Positions 47,301 through 57,251 of a stretch of 64,000 nucleotides of DNA are shown here, one piece after another. The stretch is taken from the NCBI GenBank assembly GCA_002269645.1, contig NIVC01001493.1, positions 215,053 through 279,052 on the forward strand. The letters run 5' to 3'. Made by a program: the position numbers and the translations under genes. This stretch comes from Macrostomum lignano (Eukaryota). How positions within the stretch are numbered: position 1 is the first letter of the stretch; each line of letters begins with the position of its first letter. The notes under the pieces were generated by a model. The model did no database searches, had not been told where the DNA came from, and saw only the letters and a program-made list of their open reading frames with translations.

Positions 47301-47685
47301 GCTGGTGTATCAGTTCACTGATGGCAGAGGCAGTCTGGATGGCTACATGAGCTGGCGTCTGTCTCTGTTTAATGTGTCCGATTTCGAGACCCAGTCTGTG
47401 CCTAGAATAGCTGACAGTGCAGCTGAGGTAAACGTGACTCAATGCCGCTATCGGGACTTCCGTTATCCGCCTGACAGCGCTAACAGGTACGAGTACAGCA
47501 CCGCTTACTGGCACGTGCTTGCCGCTAGGATGGCTTTTGTGCTGGTGTTTGAGCACTTTGTACTGGTGCTGAAGGCTCTGATTGATCTAGCTGTGCCAGA
47601 CAAGCCTGGCGTGGTTAAAGAGGAGATGAAGCGAGAACGGGAGCTGCTGAGGAAGGCGCTGTTTACGCATGCTAAAACTAATTGA
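38379..47685 (+). CDS. Anoctamin/TMEM16 family protein, 917 aa; exons 38379-38920, 39568-40072, 40573-40941, 45923-46353, 46779-47685
   Basis: Motifs include KKIDFVL, LLHATFPLLAR|YAEAIKLQMPL, IRRYFGEK|VAMYFAWLG, MCPVCDQACDYWRL, FLEFWKRRQ, PRPEY, FQFVNYYSSLFYIAF, RLEECDPAGC, FDEYLEMVLQFGF, NNVIEIRLDAWK and RDIGAW. The Ca2+-binding acidic residues are present. Exon lengths sum to 2754 nt (918 codons). The paralogue was not assigned. Confidence 0.95.
39150..39432. repeat. ~18-21 bp minisatellite (AATGTCAAATCCATCAAG) in anoctamin intron 1
   Basis: Directly visible. Confidence 0.85.
40098..40362. repeat. 40-bp higher-order minisatellite of alternating 20-mers (TCACTAGTTCACCTATTTTA / TCACTGATTCGCCTATTCAG)
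   Basis: Alternating units are visible in anoctamin intron 2. Confidence 0.9.
41495..42418 (-). pseudogene. Tyrosine recombinase ORF of the YR element, internally deleted
   Basis: SYASHLQVLNEFC, LLVAWWEVLRLGELL (catalytic R), LNRSKTNQ (K), ICPASAL and GDWRSDCVFRY (W...Y) are present. The H-x-x-R box is absent. Confidence 0.85.
42262..43965 (-). CDS. Reverse transcriptase/RNase H ORF (567 aa) of the Ngaro/DIRS element
   Basis: Motifs FLRSGLSYGFRL, VIHDLSRP, GKIDLKQAYRSVGI, LPFGARASCEIF, YLDDW and VFLGV, then RNase H IESDSS, INHKEALA, YSDSTAAV, HLPGQMQLLSDSASR. The frame is uninterrupted. Confidence 0.93.
   Translation of the reverse strand: MPPSAHCPAPTLLSPPRRSLSSDMNLAAWEPLLLGDQDENFLRSGLSYGFRLVNRSPPSLACSANYRSALDQAKQVDEQLAEELRLGRLQLANGPVMVNAIGAISKSDGSVWVIHDLSRPSGSSVNDSYEQGKGLRFASVQDLTRYLRPSSFIGKIDLKQAYRSVGIHPDDQVLTGLSWRFAADSDDSVLVDIRLPFGARASCEIFHRLSACIKRHMLSIGFTATVNYLDDWAVAADTEEAAQEAFNYLVDLLQNLGFDINWQKTVAPAQHVVFLGVLFGTVNGTLSLRMNKKDDIRKLLNDCLSRDVVKLKQLEKLAGKLCWLSQINRLLHPFLRPLLDILSYRMDTRLPSELRNLFFWWLRVVSSLPPTVIRPGFRQLVAIESDSSCEGAAGIVFGSEFNDWTYFNWEKDFESKFRDLHINHKEALAQLLTILHLREQLRNSRVVIYSDSTAAVGMVNKLSCRHPLLIRIYQTVALVCLTSGIQLQAFHLPGQMQLLSDSASRMGGSSRELINFCCRLHGSLCICPIEFASHTISAVSRTALHSQVAAALRSAPPCLCLLCAACH
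43893..45250 (-). pseudogene. Gag-like ORF1 with an N-terminal SAP-like domain and a C-terminal CCCH/CCHC-type zinc finger; one premature stop (44459-44461) and one frameshift (~44322)
   Basis: FTTKQLKQELAQRGLSQAGRKQQLYERL is SAP-like. The frame continues through the TGA into LVDDGSLIHMNEDG...LKGYLEYSQKIGELL, then shifts to FDEDYRKL...RWG and CLSYNSPAGCQRSSCRYRHVCKLRDCGPPQPAHQH. Confidence 0.8.
46366..46635. repeat. ~33-bp degenerate minisatellite (GAGATTCTCATGAGTTCTGGTGTGAGATTTTCTT) in anoctamin intron 4
   Basis: Directly visible. Confidence 0.85.
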
Positions 47686-47811
47686 CCATTTTTTGTGATA
47701 ATTTGAGCAAATTTTTAACCTTTTTTTCACCTGGTATCAATCTATTATCTATCTCAGAGTTCTTAACTCTCACATAAATCTGCAACTAATTTCAAATCCC
47801 TAAATCAGTTA

Positions 47812-48153
47812 CCTAAACTGATCCCAAATCCCATAATTATTTAGTCTCTAAACTGATCCCAAATCCCATAATTATTCAGTCCCTAAACTGATCCCAAATC
47901 CCATAATTATTCAATCCCTAAACTGATCCCAAATCCCATAATTATTTAGTCCCTAAACTGATCCCAAATCCCATAATTATTCAGTCCCTAAACTGATCCC
48001 AAATCCCATAATTATTTAGTCTCTAAACTGATCCCAAATCCCATAATTATTTAGTCTCTAAACTGATCCCAAATCCCATAATTATTTAGTCTCTAAACTG
48101 ATCCCAAATCCCATAATTATTTAGTCTCTAAACTGATCCCAAATCCCATAATT
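47812..48153. repeat. ~35-bp minisatellite (CTAAACTGATCCCAAATCCCATAATTATTTAGTCT), ~9.5 copies, 3' of anoctamin
   Basis: Near-identical head-to-tail units with no spacers. Confidence 0.95.
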
Positions 48154-48772
48154 GCCTTAATCTAATACCTGAGGTTTGCACGCTGTATTGCCACAATTTT
48201 AAACGGTATTTTCGTCTGTAATCGATAGTATTTAGATGTGTTTTAACATTATTTTACTAATTATTTGGTTGAAACTGTTTTACAATTTTTTTGTTTATCT
48301 TTACATGATGACGCAACATTCCTGAGCATCAGCTTCCGAACAAACTATATACATTTTTACCTGATATTTATTTGACATATTTATAACTTCTAAAATAACC
48401 AGAAATCTCAATTGTTATTATTTCTGTCTTGCGGTTTCCACAATCAATGAAATTTTCTTATAAATTATTGTTGTGGCCTAACTGTTAGCCGACTTTATTA
48501 TTTTCATATCGACCAAACTAAATATTATATTATACTATAATCTGTTGTGTGCACAAAACCAAATTGTTTATTCACTGTTTTGCCAGACTTTTAAACACAA
48601 TTTTTGTGTCATATTTAAATTATTGAGCCTTTTGTGTCTCAAATATATATAACGGTATACATTCACCAAACAGTTTTCTACTGCTACCTGTCGGCTTGTA
48701 TCTCTCTGTTGCTTCTTTCATAAAAATTGATAAATGTTGAAAAAATGAACAGTTAACTTTTAATGTTGCTGA

Positions 48773-49925
48773 GCCACTGCCGGCCTCCCAGATCCCCAGT
48801 TGCTGGGCCAGCCTCCCAGATCCTCAGTTGCTGGGCCAGCTTTCCAGATCCTCAGTTGCTGGGCCAGCCTTCCAGATCCCCAGTTGCTGGGCCAGCCTCC
48901 CAGATCCTCAGTTGCTGGGCCAGCTTCTCAGATCCTCAGTTGCTGGGCCAGCTTCCCAGATCCCCAGTTTCTGGGCCAGCTTCCCAGATCCCCAGTTGCT
49001 GGGCCAGCCTCCCAGATCCTCAGTTGCTGGGCCAGCTTCCCAGATCCTCAGTTGCTGGGCCAGCCTCCCAGATCCCCAGTTGCTGGGCCAGGCCAGCCTC
49101 CCAGATCCTCAGTTTCTGGGCCAGCTTCCCAGATCCCCAGTTGCTGGGCCAGCCTCCCAGATCCCCAGTTGCTGGGGCAGCCTCCCGGATCCTCAGTTGC
49201 TGGGCCAGCCTCCCAGATCCTCAGTTGCTGGGCCAGCTTCCCAGATCCCCAGTTGCTGGGCCAGGCCAGCCTCCCAGATCCCCAGTTTCTGGGCCAGCTT
49301 CCCAGATCCCCAGTTGCTGGGCCAGCCTCCCAGATCCCCAGTTGCTGGGGCAGCCTCCCGGATCCTCAGTTGCTGGGCCAGCCTCCCAGATCCCCAGTTT
49401 CTGGGCCAGCCTCCCAGATCCCCAGTTTCTGGGCCAGCCTCCCAGATCCCCAGTTGCTGGGCCAGCTTCCCAGATCCCCAGTTGCTGGGCCATCCTCCCA
49501 GATCCCCAGTTGCTGGGCCAGCTTCCCAGATCCCCAGTTGCTGGGCCAGCTTCCCAGATCCCCAGTTGCTGGGCCAGCCTCCCAGATCCCCAGTTTCTGG
49601 GCCAGCCTCCCAGATCCTCAGTTGCTGGGCCAGCCTCCCAGATCCTCAGTTGCTGGGCCAGCTTCCCAGATCCTCAGTTGCCAGGCCAGCCTCCCAGATC
49701 CCCAGTTGCTGGGCCAGGCCAGCCTCCCAGATCCCCAGTTTCTGGGCCAGCTTCCCAGATCCTCAGTTGCTGGGCCAGCCTCCCAGATCCCCAGTTGCTG
49801 GGGCAGCCTCCCGGATCCTCAGTTGCTGGGCCAGCCTCCCAGATCCCCAGTTTCTGTGCCAGTTTCCCAGATCCCCAGTTTCTGGGCCAGTTTCCCAGAT
49901 CCCCATTTGCTTTTCCAGCCTCCCA
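48773..49925. repeat. 28-bp minisatellite (GGGCCAGCCTCCCAGATCCCCAGTTGCT), ~40 copies, directly upstream of the RBM5/10 ATG
   Basis: Directly visible. It is the source of three spurious overlapping ORFs. Confidence 0.95.
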
Positions 49926-49976
49926 AAGTGTCAGCTGCTCAGTTAATTTTAATTGCATTGCATGCAACACCGCAGT

Positions 49977-52900
49977 ATGGCAGAAGCATCTTCACAGCAT
50001 ACTACTTACAATAGTAAATCTCCATCGCGAGAGGACGAGTTATCCAGCAATGCCAACGCGAATAACGGCGGTGAAGAAGCTGCCGCTGTCGCAGATCCCG
50101 ACGCTCGGCCGTCTAGCAGCAGTCGACGAACTCGAACCCGAAGCGGCAGTCGCAGCCGCAGCCGATCAAGAGGTCGGGATCGTCGCCGACGGCGTCGCAG
50201 TCGTTCCCGCAGTCGGACTAGAAGTCGCAGCCGAAGTCGTAGCCGCAGCCGACGTAGGAAATATCGATCGCATAGGCACGATAGAGACCGGGATAGAGAT
50301 CGAGATACAGATAGAGACCGGGATAGAGAACGAAGAAGAGATCGCGACCGGTCCAGATCGCGTGACCGGGATCGGAATCGGGACCGTGACTGGGATCGGG
50401 ACTTGGGTGGCAGCTTGTCCTGGGGCGAGCCGACTACTACCGTGATGGTTCGCGGCCTGCCAGACGCTGTGACCGAGGATATGGTGAGCGCTGATGGCTT
50501 TTTGAGTTATCGATGTTGGATTCTTGAAGGATGGGATCTCCTTTGGGAGTTGGATTCTCAAGGATGGGATCCTGTCTGTGAGCTGGGTTCTCAAGGATAT
50601 GGCATCCTGTCTGTGAGTTGGGTTCTCAAGGATATGGCATCCTGTCTGTGAGTTGGGTTCTCAAGGATATGGCATCCTGTCTGTGAGTTGGGTTCTCAAG
50701 GATATGGCATCCTGTTTGTGAGTTGGGTTCATACATGCGCAACTTCTGAAATTACGCTGGCCGTGCGACTTAGTTTTCGATAAAAAATGCGACTTACCTA
50801 TGAAAGAGCCAAGCAAAAACTTTAGGTAAACGGCAGGAGTAACTATGACCATATTTTTAAAGCTAAATGCCTCGCCAGCTAATTAGTGCTGCGTGCAGAT
50901 TCCGCGTTTTTATAACAGCTAATCAGTGTCATCTAGTGGCGGCATGAAGCAATTAGTAAATTGTCAGTACAGTGTAGTGAGCATACTACAAAAGTCATGA
51001 TTCATGAATGTCCAGAAGTAAGTGAAGTGAATACAGTGTGACCTATAGCTCAAGAACGATTTGCTAGACGATTTGGCATGGAAGATGAGAGCCCTGATTC
51101 AGATGGCTCATCAGATGCAGAATACGAATCCAGTAGAGATACAAGCTGTGAAAACCCACAGATTTTTAAACCACTGAATTCTAATTCCCGGAACTATTTT
51201 TGCATAGATTCTAAATTTGAAGTCATGCTCAAACAAAAACTTGTTAACAGTTAGGAAAAAGGCAAAGATGGGAGTAATGCATGTTAAACTAAGATTTGAG
51301 GCCTTTGCAAATTCTCTCCATTCCTCAATCTTCTCATCCTCTTTTTCTTTTCTCTCTCATCCCTTATCCCTTCTCTCTTTCCTCTCCTCTCCTATCTCTT
51401 CTGTCTCCTCTCTACATTCTTATCTCTCCTCTCGTCTCTCTCCATTCCACTCTACTCTACTCTCTCATCTTATCTTCCCTCTCGTCTCTCTCCACTCTAC
51501 TCTCTCATTATCTCTCCTCTCTTTTCTACTCTCTCATCTCTCCTCTCTTCACTCTCCTCTCATCTCCTCTTTATCCTCTCTTCTCTCATCTACTCTCTCC
51601 TCTTTCCTCTTTCCTCTCTTCTGATCTTATCCATCATCTTTTCTTTCCTCTTTCCTCTAATCTCCTCTTCTCTCTCATCTCTTTCCTCCCTCAGCTTTTC
51701 TCTCCTCTTCTATCTTTTCTCCCATCGCATCGCTCGCCTCTCCTCTGTTTGCTTATCTCTAATCTTCTATTCCCTCTACTTTGAAGTAAGAAAATATGCA
51801 CATATTTTTGCTGAAGATAAGAGGAGAGAAGAGGGCATTGAGGAGAAAGGGTAGAGAGAAAGGGGGAGAAGAGAGGAGAGTAAAAATGAGAGGAGAGAGA
51901 AGAGGGAAAAGGGGGAGAGAGAGAAGAGGGGAGGCAAGGTAGAGAAGAAGAGAGAGATGAGAGTTGAAGAGACACCAACCTTGCTACTCGTAGTTAGGAA
52001 GTTTCAAAGAACCCGAGGGGCGAGGGCCAGATAGAGGGGCTTCGCGAGCCGGAGTTTGCCAACCCCTGCTCCAGAGTTTAAGAAATGACGCGGGCTTCTG
52101 ATTTCAAAGATCTTGTCTGTGGTTGAAGGCTTCTATTCTGTTTTTGCTCTCCTGCCACACTTGCACCTACTACCCCCTGATTGCCTCTGATTGTGACTTA
52201 CTTCCCTCTTATTGCGACTTAGTTGCTTCTTTTTGCGACTTACCTAATCCTTTTTGCGAATTACTTAATCCTTTTTGCGACTTACCTAATCCTTTTGCGA
52301 CTTACCTAACCCTTTTGCGACTTACCTAATCCTTTTTGCGACTTACTTAATCCTTTTTGCGACTTACTTAATCCTTTTGCGACTTACCTAACCCTTTGCG
52401 ACTTACCTAACCCTTTGTGACTTACCTAATCCTTTTTGCGACTTACTTAATCCTTTTTGCGACTTACTTAATCCTTTTGCGACTTACCTGATCCTTTTTG
52501 CGACTTACCTGATTATTTTTACAACTTAGTTTGCTTCTTTTGCGAATCGTTTTTCTTTTGCTTCATTATTTTCCCTGAACTGCTCTTTCTTTCGCTTTCC
52601 TCTTGCCTTTCTTGGTTCTTGTGTTTTTCTGTTTTTGGTTGACTCAATTTTGCGACTTACCCCTGGTCAGCCACGATTTACGGTGGCCGGATCGGCCAGG
52701 TCGGCCAGCAGTTGCGCATGTATGGTTGGGTTCTCAAGGCTGGGATCTATATGCTGGAATGTGATGCACTAATGAGTGGCTTACCTTATGCGAGCGTAAA
52801 GCAGCAACTCTGTGACAAACAATTGCAGATCTGCGCCCGTCTGGCCCAAGACAGCATCCTGTCCAAGGAGATTCGGCTGGTTCGAGATAAAAAGACAGGT

Positions 52901-53268
52901 TAGGTCCACTTCTGTAACTGAGGGATTAACAATATCAGTATTACCTGTATAAGTTTTCTGCACCAGGTGTTTCGATATACTTTTGCAAAACTAATCACGC
53001 TATCGCTGGTAAGTAGTATAGGGAGCTATCTCGGATCCCGGATCTACCTGCCTGTTGGAGCGACGCAAAAATGGCAAAAATCAGTCAATCAGTCAGTCAA
53101 TCAATCAATCAATGAATCAACGAATCACTGAGCAATTTAACCGACCCGGTCGCCGCTCCCCCGACCACCAACCCTTTCTCCTTAATTAATTCAGGACAAT
53201 CGCGCGGATTCGCCTTTGTGGAGTTTGACACAGTGCCGCAGGCCCAGGCTTGGATGGAGTCGCAACAA
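49977..53268 (+). CDS. RBM5/RBM10: RBM5/RBM10-like splicing regulator, 3'-partial; exons 49977-50483, 52829-52898, 53195-53268; continues beyond the window
   Basis: An RS/RD-rich N-terminus is followed by RRM1: TTTVMVRGLPDAVTEDM|ICARLAQDSILSKEIRLVRDKKTG|QSRGFAFVEFDTVPQAQAWMESQQ. This matches RBM5/10 (TIMLRGLP...VRLMKRKTG.SRGFAFVEF...A..WME.NQ). Intron phases are 0, 1, 0. Confidence 0.88.
50520..50729. repeat. 35-bp minisatellite (GAGTTGGGTTCTCAAGGATATGGCATCCTGTCTGT) in RBM5/10 intron 1; target of the hAT insertion
   Basis: About 6 copies. The unit resumes after 52724 (GTTGGGTTCTCAAGG). Confidence 0.9.
50730..52724 (+). mobile_element. 1995-bp member of the rRNA-core hAT-type family in RBM5/10 intron 1
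   Basis: Perfect TIRs CATACATGCGCAAC (50730) and GTTGCGCATGTATG (52711-52724), with an 8-bp TSD GTTGGGTT (50722-50729, 52725-52732). It contains the 28S-like core at 50825-50888, a CT-rich tract (51340-51965) and a TTTTGCGACTTACCTAATCC array (52195-52520). No transposase was seen. Confidence 0.92.
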
Positions 53269-54142
53269 GTAATTCGAATTTTTAAAGAGGCCGAAGTTTC
53301 GCCATTCAAATTAATTTATGCTATCTTTACCCAGTGGTTAGAAAAATTGGGGCGTACCCTCTAGGCCGGCGCCCCGGCGGCCCTCAAGGGTACGCCCCAT
53401 CCCGCAAGATAAAAGTTTGTAGGTTTTCTTCTTTGTACGTATGAAATATTTTTGTGAGGAAATTATGTAAAGAGCAGAATTTTTAAAGTTGATTTTTTTA
53501 GTTTCGGGTGTTTTTGTGCTCGAACCTGACAGTACGCCTTTCAGTACGTGCAGTGGACAGTGGGGCGAACTATTGATATCCTTATTAATTATTTTCTTGT
53601 ATAATGAGCTCATTATTTATTTGCATTGACCAATCCTCATACTACAGCTAACTTGAACTTTTAACCCTTTGAGCAGCCATCTCTTTGAAAAATTGCTGCA
53701 AGCTCCAAAGTGGGGTATAGGCGACTCGTGCAAATTTTTCTGAGTTTCATACACTTCAGAAATTGGATGTGAACGCAAAAGTGTGCGTTTTAGCCTACCT
53801 ACTTATAAGTAATACCTTTTGATCTTCGAAATCAACGCAACAAAAAATATATTTTTTAATACTCCACTACTTAAGCACTAGCGCATGTACAATGTTGCTT
53901 GTATTCTTAAGTTTTCATTTAGATGAGTCCGATTTGGTGGTCAATTCAGGATTTTTAAAGTAGTGGGGGCAGATTTGCCCAAATTTTTGTTTTGGTCTAA
54001 AAAGCCAAAGTAAGCTCAAAATTTACCCCCCTTATATGCAAGTCCAGCCATGGCAAAGGGGGCGGCCGCCGGGTCTACTACATCTACGAGTACATTTGAC
54101 CGCCACAATTTGATCGCCGTTCTATTCAAGGTGAAATAGGGC

Positions 54143-55036
54143 GGCGGGCAAATTGTCTGGCGGGCAAATTGTCTGGCGGGCAAATTGTCTGGCGGGCAAA
54201 TTGTCTGGCGGGCAAATTGTCTGGCGGGCAAATTGTCTGGCGGGCAAATTGTCTGGCGGGCAAATTGTCTGGCGGGCAAATTGTCTGGCGGGCAAATTGT
54301 CTGGCGGGCAAATTGTCTGGCGGGCAAATTGTCTGGCGGGCAAATTGTCTGGCGGGCAAATTGTCTGGCGGGCAAATTGTCTGGCGGGCAAATTGTCTGG
54401 CGGGCAAATTGTCTGGCGGGCAAATTGTCTGGCGGGCAAATTGTCTGGCGGGCAAATTGTCTGGCGGGCAAATTGTCTGGCGGGCAAATTGTCTGGCGGG
54501 CAAATTGTCTGGCGGGCAAATTGTCTGGCGGGCAAATTGTCTGGCGGGCAAATTGTCTGGCGGGCAAATTGTCTGGCGGGCAAATTGTCTGGCGGGCAAA
54601 TTGTCTGGCGGGCAAATTGTCTGGCGGGCAAATTGTCTGGCGGGCAAATTGTCTGGCGGGCAAATTGTCTGGCGGGCAAATTGTCTGGCGGGCAAATTGT
54701 CTGGCGGGCAAATTGTCTGGCGGGCAAATTGTCTGGCGGGCAAATTGTCTGGCGGGCAAATTGTCTGGCGGGCAAATTGTCTGGCGGGCAAATTGTCTGG
54801 CGGGCAAATTGTCTGGCGGGCAAATTGTCTGGCGGGCAAATTGTCTGGCGGGCAAATTGTCTGGCGGGCAAATTGTCTGGCGGGCAAATTGTCTGGCGGG
54901 CAAATTGTCTGGCGGGCAAATTGTCTGGCGGGCAAATTGTCTGGCGGGCAAATTGTCTGGCGGGCAAATTGTCTGGCGGGCAAATTGTCTGGCGGGCAAA
55001 TTGTCTGGCGGGCAAATTGTCTGGCGGGCAAATTGT
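54143..55036. repeat. Homogeneous 16-bp tandem array (GGCGGGCAAATTGTCT) x55 plus a partial unit
   Basis: 880 bp equals 55 units, and all six frames translate with exact 16-aa periodicity. The flanks are inverted copies containing GACCGCCACAATTTG. Confidence 0.97.
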
Positions 55037-55918
55037 GGCGGTCTCCGCTGTCGGTCTCCCGCGGCCGCGCCCCCCCCCCTTGGATAGTGGCGTAAATAAA
55101 TACTCATTTCAAAGTTTTACATGTAAGTAGGCGGCATACCCTTGCACAAGGTTGCATAATTATTTGAAAGCCGTATGCTTGTATGGGGTGGACAGTTGAC
55201 AGTCAAAATGCCTATATCTACATGTACCTCCATACAGTAATAATTTACCTATTAAACAACAGGTAAGGTCAAAGATAACATATGCGTATGCCAGCAAAGG
55301 TTTAAAATTTTCAATAATTAATTGTACGGTACAATGCGATAGCAAAACAAACTAATCTTAGATGCAGCTATTATCTAGAATCTCGATTTATCTTCCAGAA
55401 TTTTAGAGAAATACAACTAGGACAGGGGAAATCCCGGAAAATCAATCAGGTTTGCCAAGCTGTATTAAAGGGGGACCAAGCGCATTTTTGCCAAAATACA
55501 GAGCCACCCCTCCGCCCCCCTTGGGTCTTTACCCTTCAGAATCCGCCCCCCCCCACATAAGAAATTCTGCTTGCGCCACTGCTAACAGTTCAAGTAATTC
55601 TGGAGAGCACAGAGTGCTGTCTAGAGAAGCTGTTCAGGCTTGGCACAACGCGCCCGCCAAAATTTTGTTAATGTCAACTTTTGCTCATTGTAATGATCGA
55701 AATTCCTTGCGAGGGATTGGCTAACTATTTTACTTTAAGTGCCAGATAGAGAATCTAGCTCAAGACTGCGGGCCAGAAGGAGGAGAGTGGAGGGGAGAGG
55801 GGAGAGATGTGAGATGTGAGAGGAGGGAAGAGAGGAGAGAGGCGAGATGAGAGAAAGAAGGGAGATAAAGGGAGAGAGGAGAGAGGCGAAAGGAGAGATG
55901 TCAGAGGAAGGGAGCAAG

Positions 55919-56111
55919 CAGTAGGGCAACCAGAAATTTTTTGAGGGGGGGGGGCGGATTCTGGAAGGTAAAGTCCCGTGAGGGAGGGGGCGGAGGGGAG
56001 GCTCTGTTTTTGGCGAAAATTCGCTTGGTCCCCCTTCAATTTTTTCTGGGTCTCCGCCTAAGGGGGGGGCCCGCCCCCCCCCCCCCGCCCCCCCCCCTGG
56101 TTGCGCCACTG
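55919..56111. mobile_element. 193-bp hAT-type MITE (CAGTGGCGCAACCAG TIR family)
   Basis: TIRs CAGTAGGGCAACCAG / CTGGTTGCGCCACTG with an 8-bp TSD GGAGCAAG (55911-55918, 56112-56119). A related partial copy in inverted orientation lies at ~55460-55581. Confidence 0.85.
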
Positions 56112-56244
56112 GGAGCAAGGAAAGAGGGGAAAGGAGGAGAGAGGGGAGATTTTGATGAGAAAAGGAGAAGAAATTAGCAAAAAAGCTGAGAAGAGATGCA
56201 AACCTTGAGCGGGCTGGATTGTTATTGGCATGGGAAGTTAGAAA

Positions 56245-56322
56245 GGACCCGAGGGCTGGATAGAGAGACTGCGGGCCGCATGTGGCCCGTGGGCTGGAGT
56301 TTGCTGACCCCTGCAGCCTGCA
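56245..56322 (-). mobile_element. hAT terminal fragment (CAGGGGTCAGCAAACT...GGGCCACATGCGGCCCGC); related fragments at ~52010-52075 and ~55740-55775
   Basis: Resembles the common animal hAT terminal motif CAGGGGT..GCAAAC...GGCCCGC. Partial only. Confidence 0.5.
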
Positions 56323-57208
56323 GTAGGCTATGCATGACGGGCCCAGTTAACTGCATAATGGCAAATAAGAGACATGGGAGATTGGAGATAGGAGACTGTC
56401 TCCCCTGTCTCCCCTTCATTTATCTCCCCGATTACGAGTAGGGCACAGTCACTCAGTCACATTTTGATAAGGAGGGATACATAGACATAGATATTTTCTC
56501 AGTTTTCATATTCAGAGGCGGTCAGAGCTCAAATGGGACAGGTCATGAATAAATAACAATCTAACCCCCGCCTTGTCATTTTTCCGGATGAATAAATCCA
56601 CTGAATCATAAAGGTTTCAAAGTGCCTTTGCGTTCTCATGACAGTTTTTGCCACTCAATTATTCTAGTCTTACTGAATCCCCGAGTTAACAGAAAATTAT
56701 AGCTCGGCGCACGTCCGCCAGCTTGAATATTCTCGCTATATTGTTCTCTATTTGCGATCGTCTTTTACAACCCGACATCAATAAAACCCGTGTGGGCTTT
56801 ATCTCTCATTAACAGAAATCTCTCATCAATTATAGCCTGTATAAAGCTTACTCATTTTGAGTTGCTCTTAGAAAAATGTTTTGAATTTCCTGGCCAGTGG
56901 CAATAACCCGTAATGACAGGGCAATGCAAGGAATTATTTTAACCTAGAGGTGACAGCTAATTTTGGCCAATTCATTTCAGTTGGGTGGGGGGGTTAGAAG
57001 AAAGGCTAGAGAAGTGATATGGGAATTTCTACGTTGTACCGTTCTTGCCTGCTTAAGCGAACCTATGCGAAACAAACAAACTGTCCTGACTCCTTATCAG
57101 TGCAGGTCATCAAGTTTTTTCTATTCCCATATTGCACCAAAGATAAAGGAAGAACAAAGACGAATTTCGTGCGAGGCTTGACAAGGTCTGAACTATTGAC
57201 TATATATA

Positions 57209-57251
<43 letters not shown>

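Noticed and set aside
47812-48153. ~35-bp repeats resembling a CRISPR array in unit length
   Set aside because: The units are head-to-tail with no unique spacers, there are no cas genes, and the context is eukaryotic.
48763-50445. Three overlapping 370-560 aa ORFs
   Set aside because: They are produced by the 28-bp tandem array. The real coding frame starts at 49977.
54016-55130. Six ~300-360 aa ORFs with 16-aa periodicity
   Set aside because: Artefact of a stop-free 16-bp array that is open in all six frames.
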